Positions 45,090-53,714 of a stretch of 64,000 bases of DNA are shown here, one piece after another (within the stretch, counting starts at the first letter, position 1; each line of letters begins with the position of its first letter). Source of the stretch: Candidatus Bathyarchaeum sp. (GTDB lineage Archaea > Thermoproteota > Bathyarchaeia > Bathyarchaeales > Bathyarchaeaceae); NCBI GenBank assembly GCA_026014565.1, contig JAOZIB010000018.1, positions 131,042-195,041 on the forward strand, written 5' to 3'. A model generated the notes under the pieces. It searched no databases. It worked only from the letters and a program-made list of their open reading frames with translations, and had not been told where the DNA came from. The translations under genes were made by a program, and so were the position numbers.

Positions 45090-45991
45090 GTGACGGATAA
45101 CCCTGAGGAAAGTAAAACACATTCAACTTGAAATCACCCAAACAGTTGGAAGCTTCCAAAATTAATCAATGCGGAGTTCTCGGAGTGGGAACCATCGGCA
45201 AAGCCGCAGAAATTGTCACAAATGTTTGCGGACAACGACTACACCGTGTTTTTAACTTAGCTGGAGCCTTATTTCCCGGTGGAATGCGCTAGATCGTTCG
45301 GGATTTGATTGAGCAAGGCTATGTTCACGCTGTTGTGACTACTGGTACTAACATGGTTCATGATCTGGTTGAATCTATTGGGCATCGTCACTATATTGGT
45401 ACTTTTCTTGCTGAAGATACTGAATTAATGGAACAAGACATCGGCAGAATCGGGGACCTATAATATCGAACAAAATGTTTCCAAAGGCTTAGACGAATGG
45501 ATGATTGAGCTATTAGAAAAAAATTCCAGAAAAGACTCGGGAAAACATTTCTGACCCAAACTCGATTCTTGCAACTGCCGCAAAGAAAGGCGTTCCAATT
45601 CTCAGCCCCAGAATGGTTGATTCTATTGCTGGTTTTCATTTGTGGATGTATGGTCAAGACAAAACCTTGAAACTAAATCCTTTGCGTGACACGCACAAAA
45701 TTGTTGACATTATTTATGATGCCCAAAAAGTTGGAATGATAATCCTTGGTAGGGGTTGGCCTAAACATTATGCTTTGTTTGCTAACACTTTCCGGGACGG
45801 TGTTGATTGTGTTATCCAAATTACAATGAACCATCCTGAGCCTAGAGGTCTCAGTGGCGCTACCCTCAAAGAGGCAATCAGTTGGGAAAAAGTCAAGCCT
45901 GAAGGCAAAGAAGTAGCCGTCATCTGTGATGCTACAATTGCTTTTCGGTTTAATTGTTGCTGTGGTATTGGAGAATGTTAACAAAAAATAG
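45090..45991 (+). pseudogene. dys: Deoxyhypusine synthase pseudogene (at least 5 disruptions)
   Basis: DHS-like peptides are spread over all three forward frames. They include GVLGVGTIGKAAEIV..LAGALFPGGMR-[TAG 45290]-IVRDLIEQGYVHAVVTTGTNMVHDLVESIGHRHYIG...DIGRIGDL. A frameshift near 45458 leads to YNIEQNVSKGLDEWMIELLEK. A frameshift at the A7 run 45517-45523 leads to SILATAAKKGVPILSP..DSIAGF...MIILGRGWPKHY...GLSGATLKEAISWEKV...DATIAF. A frameshift near 45940 leads to LIVAVVLENVNKK-stop (45989-45991). The GTG at 45090 is in yet another frame. Confidence 0.7.
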
Positions 45992-46026
45992 TTTGTAGCT
46001 GGGTTTTTATTATGCCCAAACCTTTT

Positions 46027-46467
46027 TTATTCGAGTTTTTGCCTGTTTTTTCTTGGAAATCTTACTTCTAGTATTCCATCTTCACATGAAATTTGCATTC
46101 TATCTACGATGATGGATACTTGCAGTTGACCTTGACACCGCAAAAACTCAAATTCTCCTTGCCTGTGGCAGATGCCTAGGTCGTTAAAGTTTATTTTTTT
46201 CTTCATTTTTGCCAATATTTCGATATGGTTTTTGTCCATGGAGTTTACTTGAACCGTTTCAGGTTCAATGTAAGGAAGGTCAGCGGTGATGATAACTTCC
46301 CTTGGAGTAATGTAAACATTGGACAATGCATGCAAACAACAAGTTTCTGTGTTCCAACTTGGGCCTTCAGGAAACGCTATTGCCTTTACTTCTTGGGTGA
46401 GTTCTTCAATTTTTTGGAGATATTCTTCCATTTCTTCAAAACTGGAGCCTTTTTTGCGATTTTCCAT
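46027..46467 (-). CDS. Hsp20/alpha-crystallin-like domain protein (divergent)
   Basis: ACD-like pattern NVYITPREVIITADLPYIEPETVQVNSMDKNHIEILAK...GEFEFLRCQGQL.....MQISCEDGILEVRFPRK. Confidence 0.45.
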   Translation of the reverse strand: MENRKKGSSFEEMEEYLQKIEELTQEVKAIAFPEGPSWNTETCCLHALSNVYITPREVIITADLPYIEPETVQVNSMDKNHIEILAKMKKKINFNDLGICHRQGEFEFLRCQGQLQVSIIVDRMQISCEDGILEVRFPRKNRQKLE

Positions 46468-46479
46468 GGTTGTTTTCTC

Positions 46480-47238
46480 CTATACGTAAAGGGGCATGTC
46501 GTATTCTTGGGATTTTTGCATGCGATTCATTTCTTGTTGGGTGCGTTTCATCATGTCCCTTGCTTTGAGCCTGATTTCTTCTCCTTTTTCCATAAGTTTA
46601 GTAACATCAACAGTGATATCAGATACTTTTGCAAGCTCTTTAAGCACAATTGCTGCCGCTTGAGGGTCTGGATAATTATAAAACGACTGCGCCAAAAGGG
46701 CAATGGACTGCATTTTCTTGTTTGCTGTATATCGCATGCTCAAGGCTTGAGGACCAACAATGTAGCCTTCCTTCATTACTTTTAATCCTTCTCTGGTCAC
46801 TGAGTCAAGGAGTTCTTGATTTGAAGCAGCCCCAAAAACTTCAGGAGCAGTGATTGTTTGCCTGTTTTCTGTAGGAATTCCACCAATTGAAATCATTTGC
46901 TTAACCTTCTTTTCTTCTGCCCAATCAATTATTACTCGCATCACCGTATGCAAAGCATTTGCTGGAATGGCAAGTTCGGAAATAACCGCAATTACTTTGT
47001 CATTTCCATAAATTCGTAAAGGCGCGTAAGGCAATCCGTTATGCAAAACAACAACTGGAGGAAGCAAATCCGATTCTATATACGCGATTTCTTCAAACCC
47101 AAGTTCAGTAATCAAATACGATGTTGCAATAAGCCCAACCAAGCCCACATCTGGCAAACCAATCAACATGGTAGCATCAGAGGGAATGGGCGCTTTTTCT
47201 ACAATTTTTACTGATTCCTGCAAAAATGTTACCCTCAA
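46480..47238 (-). CDS. PAC2-family (proteasome assembly chaperone-like) protein
   Basis: MLIGLPDVGLVGLIATSYLI..LGFEEIAYIESD.LPPVV....G....PLRIYG resembles archaeal PAC2 (PF09754-type) N-termini, by recollection. Confidence 0.6.
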   Translation of the reverse strand: MRVTFLQESVKIVEKAPIPSDATMLIGLPDVGLVGLIATSYLITELGFEEIAYIESDLLPPVVVLHNGLPYAPLRIYGNDKVIAVISELAIPANALHTVMRVIIDWAEEKKVKQMISIGGIPTENRQTITAPEVFGAASNQELLDSVTREGLKVMKEGYIVGPQALSMRYTANKKMQSIALLAQSFYNYPDPQAAAIVLKELAKVSDITVDVTKLMEKGEEIRLKARDMMKRTQQEMNRMQKSQEYDMPLYV

Positions 47239-47386
47239 TTAATTATCCTTCATGAGTAGTTAAAAATATTTACAACCCATGATTTATCACTCAAACTGAA
47301 ATCCACGTTTTGACCTGAACAAAAAAAGAATAAGAAAATAAACTGCCCTTCAATTAATTACCAAAGATTCTTGCTAGGTGTCAACC

Positions 47387-47833
47387 ATGAAAATCCTTGT
47401 TTTATACTCTACAAAAACTGGCAACACCCAAAAAATTGGCCAAGCAATCGCCTCAGAAACAAACTCAGAACTAGTTCACGTTGCCAACTCTGAACCCAAA
47501 TCAGATGTAAATTTAGATAATTATGATCTAATTTTTGTCGGAACCGGCATACCGGCAGGAAACCCTTTCCCCGAAATGGTTTCTTACTTAAACACAATTG
47601 ATTTGCAAGAACCAAAAACCTTTGCAATCTTCTTAACTTGGGGAGGAGCCGGAAAAACTAACGACACAGTAAGTGGCAAAATACGAAAAATCCTAGAATC
47701 AAAAAACCAAAACGTAATAGACGGATTTTTCAACAGCTACGGCAAATGGAACATGAGAAAAAGTAGCCGCCCCAACGAAAAAGACATGAACCAAGCCAAA
47801 ACATGGGCACAAAACACAATACAAAATCTGTAA
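47387..47833 (+). CDS. Flavodoxin
   Basis: MKILVLYSTKTGNTQKIGQAIA is the FMN phosphate-binding loop (S/T-x-T-G-x-T). The track ORF starts at GTG 47378. Confidence 0.8.
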   Translation: MKILVLYSTKTGNTQKIGQAIASETNSELVHVANSEPKSDVNLDNYDLIFVGTGIPAGNPFPEMVSYLNTIDLQEPKTFAIFLTWGGAGKTNDTVSGKIRKILESKNQNVIDGFFNSYGKWNMRKSSRPNEKDMNQAKTWAQNTIQNL

Positions 47834-48106
47834 ATCTGGTTTGTCAAAATTTCTTTCAATCACTTAAGAACTCCTGACAAAAATCTGCGTTCACATAAAC
47901 TTTAGAACCTATTAAATTGGTTTTCAAACGGTTGTGCAGCATAATAATATACTAATAGAAGTATACTGTTGAAAACAACTTTTTTTGGTCTGGGTTCACA
48001 CGTAACTGGTATCTTTTCTTGAATCTTTTATTATCCCCTTTTTGTGCAGTAAACTAAATACCTATAAACGGCAACACCTGTTTTTTATCGTGGGAATTAA
48101 TCAAAA

Positions 48107-49438
48107 ATGGTTCTGGAACGCCTTGGCTCCTCATTAAATGACGCTTTAAAGAAAGTATTCAAAGCGCCAGTCATGGACGAAAAAACCGTAAAAGAACTCG
48201 TCCGGGACATACAACGAGCCCTGCTCCAAGCCGACGTAAACGTCAAACTGGTTCTGGAAGTCTCAAAAAACATCGAAGAACGAGCCCTCAAAGAAAAAGT
48301 CCCCCCCGGCGTATCCAGACGCGAACACGTCGTAAAAGTCGTGTACGAAGAACTAACCCGATTCCTTGGCGAAAAATCCGCCACCCTCAAAATCGAACCC
48401 GGAAAACAAAAAGTCCTCATGATGGTAGGAATCCAAGGCTCCGGAAAAACAACCGCCACCGGAAAATTGGCAAAATATTTCCAAAAACGAGGACTAAAAA
48501 CTGGTTTAGTTTGCACCGACACCTATCGCCCCGGAGCATACGACCAACTCGTGCAGTTGGCCAAAAGAATAAACATCCCCGTGTATGGTGAACCCAAAGA
48601 AAAAAAAGCAGAAAAAATCGCCAAGAACGGCTTGAAACACTTCAAAGACTATGACTTGATAATCATTGACACATCTGGGCGCCACAAGGAAGAAAAAGGC
48701 CTAATCGATGAAATGAAACGTCTGGAAAAAGTCATCAAACCCGACGAAGCAATCTTGGTTATTGACGGAACCATAGGTCAACAAGCGGCCCTGCAAGCTC
48801 GAGCTCTTAACGAAGCCACTCCCATTGGTTCCATTATTGTTTCCAAACTTGATGGCTCAGCAAGGGGAGGAGGCGCCCTCTCAGCGGTCGCCGCCATTGG
48901 AGCGCCAATAAAATTCATCAGTTCAGGAGAAAAACTTGAAGACATTGAACCCTTCATCCCCTCAAGGTTCGTAGGCCGCCTCCTAGGAATGGGAGACCTG
49001 CAAAGCCTAGTTGACAAGGTTCGAGATGCAGAAGTCAAAGTCCCTGAAAAAAAAGCCCGCGCATTTATGAGCGGAAAATTCACGTTAAGCGACATGTACG
49101 AACAGTTCGAGTCCATGAAAAAAGTTGGACCCCTAAAAGGACTGCTGAAAATGATTCCAGGAATGAGTTACAACATTCCTGATGACCAAATGAACCTTGC
49201 AGAAGATGCCCTGAAAAAATGGCGGGTAATTATTCAATCCATGACCCCCAAAGAAAGAGAAAAACCCAAAATTTTGTCCTCTTCCCGTATTCGCAGGGTT
49301 GCCCGTGGGTCTGGCACTACAGAAAAAGACGTTAAGCAGTTGTTAACTCAGTACAATCAAATGAAAAAAATGATGAAAAGCTTCAGACGAAAACGCTTAC
49401 CAAACTTTTTCGGGGGCAAAGGTTTACCTACCCGCTAG
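48107..49438 (+). CDS. srp54: Signal recognition particle protein SRP54
   Basis: N domain, G domain motifs GIQGSGKTTATGKLA, DTYRPGA, DTSGR, SKLDG.ARGGGALS, and a Met-rich M domain. Confidence 0.95.
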   Translation: MVLERLGSSLNDALKKVFKAPVMDEKTVKELVRDIQRALLQADVNVKLVLEVSKNIEERALKEKVPPGVSRREHVVKVVYEELTRFLGEKSATLKIEPGKQKVLMMVGIQGSGKTTATGKLAKYFQKRGLKTGLVCTDTYRPGAYDQLVQLAKRINIPVYGEPKEKKAEKIAKNGLKHFKDYDLIIIDTSGRHKEEKGLIDEMKRLEKVIKPDEAILVIDGTIGQQAALQARALNEATPIGSIIVSKLDGSARGGGALSAVAAIGAPIKFISSGEKLEDIEPFIPSRFVGRLLGMGDLQSLVDKVRDAEVKVPEKKARAFMSGKFTLSDMYEQFESMKKVGPLKGLLKMIPGMSYNIPDDQMNLAEDALKKWRVIIQSMTPKEREKPKILSSSRIRRVARGSGTTEKDVKQLLTQYNQMKKMMKSFRRKRLPNFFGGKGLPTR

Positions 49439-49484
49439 AATTTGAAAAAAGAATTGATTATTTACATAAATTGAGGAATATTTT

Positions 49485-50810
49485 GTGGATTTACTTGAAA
49501 AAGCCCAGCAGCTTCTTACGGCACAACCCTTGTGCGACCATTGTTTAGGTCGACAATTTGCCCTTCTTGGTTACGGTTTAGGGGACGAAGAGCGCGGAGA
49601 AACCCTAAAACTTTTACTAACCATGAAAAACCACCAATCAGCCTTGGCAGGAAACAAAGAAGGATTCTCAAACCTTAGACTTTTGGCTTCTCGGGGCTCC
49701 TTTGACATGGCTGCCCAGATACTAAAGAACATGAGAAAACGTTCCAAAAAACCTGAACCCTGCTACCTTTGCCAAGGATTGTTTGAAAGCGCCAACATCA
49801 TGGTTGAAAATGCTTTGGAAGCCCTCAAAGTTTATGAATACGAAACTTTTCTTGTTGGCATCGAACTGCCAAACCTAATTGAAGAAAGAGAAGACGAATT
49901 CAAAGCCCACAACGAAATCTCTTACGGAGAAAGCATGCGCAACGAATTCAGTCGCCACATCGGCAAAAAACTTTCAGATGTAACCCAAAAACTTGCAGAA
50001 TTCAAAAAACCAGACGTAGTGATTCTTGTTCGACCTTTCACTGGAGAAGTAATTATCCAATCAAATCCCCTGTACGTCAGGGGCTCGTACAAAAAACTTG
50101 TTCGAGACATTCCTCAATCTAAATGGTTCTGCAGACACTGCCACGGAGAAGGTTGCAAAAACTGCAATGGAACCGGAAAAATGTACCAACAATCCGTTGA
50201 AGAAATCATTGCCGCGCCCCTTCTACAACAAACTGAAGGCGATGATGTAGCCCTTCACGCTGCTGGACGAGAAGACGTAGACGCCCGCATGCTTGGAAAT
50301 GGGCGACCTTTTATTTTGGAAATTAAGCGTCCCCAAAAACGGTTTATGGATCTCAAGGAAATGGAAAAAATTATCAACGAACAAGCCACGGGAAAAGTTG
50401 AAGTTTTAAACCTTAAATCTGCAACTAAAGCCGACATCAAACGCTTAAAGAAAGGTGAAGGCTCAACTAAAGTTTACAAGGTTTTTATTGATTTTGATCG
50501 CGACGTTTCCGACGAGGAATTGGCATCTGTTACTGAAAAATTGTCTAAAATTGTTGTTAATCAACGCACTCCGTTACGTGTTATACATAGAAGAGCAGAC
50601 CTAATTCGGGAAAAGTACATATATGAGGCGTATCTTAAGAGGTTGGCGCCTAACCGCGCAGAGATGAAAATACGTTGCCAAGGAGGGCTTTATATTAAAG
50701 AGCTAGTAAGTGGAGATGAAGGACGAACCGTACCTAGCGTAGCCTCTATTATCAATGCTCAAGCAAAGCCCGTAGACTTAGACGTTTTGAATGTTATCAT
50801 GGAGGACTAA
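49485..50810 (+). CDS. pus10: tRNA pseudouridine synthase Pus10 (psi54/55)
   Basis: N-terminal zinc motif CDHCLGRQF...CYLCQG, THUMP-like middle, and catalytic region HAAGREDVDARMLGNGRPF. Confidence 0.85.
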   Translation: MDLLEKAQQLLTAQPLCDHCLGRQFALLGYGLGDEERGETLKLLLTMKNHQSALAGNKEGFSNLRLLASRGSFDMAAQILKNMRKRSKKPEPCYLCQGLFESANIMVENALEALKVYEYETFLVGIELPNLIEEREDEFKAHNEISYGESMRNEFSRHIGKKLSDVTQKLAEFKKPDVVILVRPFTGEVIIQSNPLYVRGSYKKLVRDIPQSKWFCRHCHGEGCKNCNGTGKMYQQSVEEIIAAPLLQQTEGDDVALHAAGREDVDARMLGNGRPFILEIKRPQKRFMDLKEMEKIINEQATGKVEVLNLKSATKADIKRLKKGEGSTKVYKVFIDFDRDVSDEELASVTEKLSKIVVNQRTPLRVIHRRADLIREKYIYEAYLKRLAPNRAEMKIRCQGGLYIKELVSGDEGRTVPSVASIINAQAKPVDLDVLNVIMED

Positions 50811-50812
50811 TA

Positions 50813-51112
50813 GTGGGAAGAAAAGCGAAAGGTTACAGACGAAAAACTCGTTACCTCTTGAAGAGGAAACCTAGAGAACGAGGAAAAACAGGACTCAGCA
50901 AGGTACTACGAGAATATGAACCCGACGAAAAAATCGTAATCAAACTAGACCCTAGCGTACACAAGGGCATGCCACACCGAAGATTCCATGGCAGAATAGG
51001 TGTTATCGCTAAAAAACGTGGAAGAGCATACGTAGTTAACGTATCTCAGGGTAAAGCAATCAAAGAAATTATTGTTAGGCCAGAACACATTACGCCTCAC
51101 AAGGGGGCATAA
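50813..51112 (+). CDS. rpl21e: 50S ribosomal protein L21e
   Basis: GYRRKTRYLL...HKGMPHRRFHGRIGVI... Confidence 0.9.
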   Translation: MGRKAKGYRRKTRYLLKRKPRERGKTGLSKVLREYEPDEKIVIKLDPSVHKGMPHRRFHGRIGVIAKKRGRAYVVNVSQGKAIKEIIVRPEHITPHKGA

Positions 51113-51114
51113 CC

Positions 51115-51453
51115 ATGGTACGAAAGGCTTTGAAGGAACAAATAGTTACTGTTCCCCAAGTAAAGGAAGCCTTAGATTCTATTGGTGAAGAACGATTGGA
51201 TCAGTTCCAGCGCCGTTCTTTAGATTATGCAACCAAATTCAGTAAAGCTGAGGCTAAGGATGTTGAAACTCTAATTACTAAATTGGTAGAAGAGTTTGAG
51301 TTAGAAGAAGAAGGGGCTGTGCAAATAGTAAATGCTATGCCTGAGAGCATTCAGGAAATCAGGGTGTTTTTAGCTGGCGGTCGTAAGATTATTGAATCAT
51401 CTAAATTAGAAAAAATACTTGATTTTTTGAACGAATATAGAAAAAGCGAATAA
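51115..51453 (+). CDS. rpoF: RNA polymerase subunit Rpo4 (RpoF)
   Basis: Size, helical HRDC-like composition, and the conserved archaeal order L21e-Rpo4-DUF655-KsgA. Confidence 0.7.
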   Translation: MVRKALKEQIVTVPQVKEALDSIGEERLDQFQRRSLDYATKFSKAEAKDVETLITKLVEEFELEEEGAVQIVNAMPESIQEIRVFLAGGRKIIESSKLEKILDFLNEYRKSE

Positions 51454-51514
51454 AGGGCTTTTCTATATTATATACAAACATACTAATTGTACCATTTCGG
51501 GGACGGGGTAAAGA

Positions 51515-52078
51515 GTGGAAAAGAGTGAAAAAAGATACGAAGAATACGCTTATGTTTTAGATTATCTTCCTCATGGAAGACCGGGCACGCATCCAGGGTA
51601 TCGTGCTGGGGCACTAGTTCAGGTTGTTGGTGAGGAATATTTTACTTTTCTTGAAGCTATTGCCAGAAAAGGAGTTCCCCTTAAAGCAGCTGATCGAGTC
51701 TATGTTGGAAAAGATTCTCGAAGTGACATAACTTACATCATTGGACGAATAACATATGATGATTTAACATCCAATGCCCGAATGGAGCTTTCTGCAACTA
51801 TAGAAAAAATTGTAATTAACCGTGAACCCTGGTTTGTTGACTTCTTTAACACTGCCCGCGCTATCACTCCTAGAATGCATGCTTTAGAGTTGATTCCCGG
51901 TATTGGGAAAAAATACATGTGGCAGATTCTTGATGAACGGGACAGGAAACCATTCCAAAACCTGGAAGATTTGCAAGAACGTGCAAATATGCCCAATCCC
52001 TCCAAACTTATTACAAGAAGAATATTAGAAGAACTAGCGGGAGAAAGTAAATACAGACTCTTTACGAGAGCACCCTAG
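51515..52078 (+). CDS. DUF655-family putative RNA-binding protein (S1-like plus HhH)
   Basis: EEYAYVLDYLPHGR...VQVVGEEYFTFLEA and C-terminal LELIPGIGKK...I...R. Conserved neighbourhood. Confidence 0.7.
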   Translation: MEKSEKRYEEYAYVLDYLPHGRPGTHPGYRAGALVQVVGEEYFTFLEAIARKGVPLKAADRVYVGKDSRSDITYIIGRITYDDLTSNARMELSATIEKIVINREPWFVDFFNTARAITPRMHALELIPGIGKKYMWQILDERDRKPFQNLEDLQERANMPNPSKLITRRILEELAGESKYRLFTRAP

Positions 52079-52914
52079 TGGACAATCCTAACCTTCTTAA
52101 ACGGGCGAAACAGCTTCTTCGTCTTTACAATTTTTCTCCTAAAAAACGCTTAGGTCAAAATTTTACTGTTAACTCAGATATATTACAGCAGCTGATCTCC
52201 CATTCTTGTTTGACAAAAAACGATGTAGTTTTGGAAGTTGGAGCTGGATTTGGCTTTTTAACTCAACTTTTAGCTAAAAAATCCAAAAAAGTCATCGCCG
52301 TAGAAGTTGACCCTTTCCTTGTAACTTTTTTGCAAAAACATCTTCAAAATTTGGATAACGTAGAATTGATTGAAGGCGATTTTCTTAAAGTTTCTGTTCC
52401 TGAGTTCAACAAAGTTGTTGCAGCGCCACCCTACTCTATATCGTCGCCTCTTTTGTTTCGTCTTCTTGAAAACAAATTCGATTCTGCATTTTTAATTTTA
52501 CAAAAAGAGTTTGCCGAAAGATTATCTGCATCTGTAGGAACCAAAAATTATGGCCGCTTAACCGTTAGCATCTACTATAGGGCTGATGTTGAACTCTTGG
52601 AACTTGTTCCACGAACAATGTTTTATCCGCCCCCAAACGTTGACTCAATGGTTTTGCGTTTAACCCCTAAACATCCACCTTTTTCAGTTGAAGACGAGCC
52701 TTTCTTTTTTGATCTTATTAGAGTCCTTTTCACCCAGCGAAACAAGAAAGTAAGAAATTCTATAATTCCTTTTTTACGTGAACATAATATACCCAAAAAT
52801 GAATCTACTGTTTTTGCTGATTCTTTGATTTATAGTAAAAAAAGAGTACGTGAACTCGCCCCAGAAGACTTTGGAGTTTTGGCTAATGAAATATTTCAAA
52901 AAATTAACAAATAA
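52078..52914 (+). CDS. ksgA: 16S rRNA (adenine1518/1519-N6)-dimethyltransferase KsgA/Dim1
   Basis: KKRLGQNF, VLEVGAGFGFLT, AVEVD and NKVVAAPPYSISS. Confidence 0.9.
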   Translation: MDNPNLLKRAKQLLRLYNFSPKKRLGQNFTVNSDILQQLISHSCLTKNDVVLEVGAGFGFLTQLLAKKSKKVIAVEVDPFLVTFLQKHLQNLDNVELIEGDFLKVSVPEFNKVVAAPPYSISSPLLFRLLENKFDSAFLILQKEFAERLSASVGTKNYGRLTVSIYYRADVELLELVPRTMFYPPPNVDSMVLRLTPKHPPFSVEDEPFFFDLIRVLFTQRNKKVRNSIIPFLREHNIPKNESTVFADSLIYSKKRVRELAPEDFGVLANEIFQKINK

Positions 52915-53107
52915 CTGGCATTTGTTGAATTTGATTGGTGGGTGCTAACATCTTTGCGGTGCCCCCCTTTTTGATGTTAAATTTTGTACACAAATTGCTT
53001 AGGTCTTGTTGTTTTTTTGGGTTTTTTGTTGCTGGATCTTTGCTATACAGAATAGTTTTTATAATATCTGTTAAACTATGGTTGGCAGAGCAGATGAGGA
53101 ATAAACA

Positions 53108-53605
53108 ATGAACGCTCGTAACTATAGGGAAGTAAAGGGTCAGGCCTACACCCGGAAAGAGTACATCCGTGGCTCCCCTGCGTCGAAAATTGTCAAATTT
53201 ACGATGGGCAATCCGTCAGGTAATTACAAATATCAAGTCCAATTAATTGGCGAAAAAGCAGTCCAAATTAGGCACAACGCCTTAGAATCTGCACGTGTTG
53301 CTTCTAACAGGATTCTTTCAGAAAAACTAGGAAACAATTATCACCTGAAAATTTTGCCTTTCCCTCACATTGTATTACGTGAAAACAAAATGATTTTCGG
53401 TGCTCACGCTGACCGACTTCAAGATGGAATGCGAAACGCCTTTGGTAAAGCTATTAGTGTTGCTGCACGCGTTAAACCAGGCCAAAAACTAATTATCGCT
53501 GATGTAAACGAAGACGGACTCCAATTTGCTACAACGGCGCTGAAACGTGGAGGCGCCAAATTACCTACACCTTGTCGTGTAGTTGTTAAGAAACTTGAGG
53601 CATAA
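53108..53605 (+). CDS. rpl10e: 50S ribosomal protein L10e (uL16)
   Basis: YTRKEYIRGSPASKI..F.MGN and GADRLQDGMRNAFGK. Confidence 0.9.
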   Translation: MNARNYREVKGQAYTRKEYIRGSPASKIVKFTMGNPSGNYKYQVQLIGEKAVQIRHNALESARVASNRILSEKLGNNYHLKILPFPHIVLRENKMIFGAHADRLQDGMRNAFGKAISVAARVKPGQKLIIADVNEDGLQFATTALKRGGAKLPTPCRVVVKKLEA

Positions 53606-53714
53606 TGAGGGAGTATGTTGCAGAGGTCTACCCCCACGGGCAAGACATGCACTAATTTTTCGCTCCTTTCTTTGTTTAATTTTGTTCATTTTATAGTTGA
53701 TATGAGGTGTTACT

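Noticed and set aside
45290-45292. In-frame TAG codons (the DHS-like gene at 45290, and upstream of priL at 61255) as evidence of pyrrolysine or TAG reassignment.
   Set aside because: TAG is the evident stop codon of many well-supported genes here, including the PadR-like gene at 2443, the IMPase gene at 6323, the RPA-like gene at 8551, SRP54 at 49436, DUF655 at 52076 and priS at 63944. The DHS locus also carries several frameshifts, so decay or error is the simpler explanation.
45391-45984. Track ORFs 45391..45657 (-) and 45673..45984 (-), and 45613..45981 (+) as an independent small gene.
   Set aside because: The minus-strand ORFs are antisense to the DHS-like remnant. The plus-strand 122-aa ORF is only the longest surviving fragment of the pseudogene. 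It starts at an internal Met and ends in a frameshifted Cys-rich tail.
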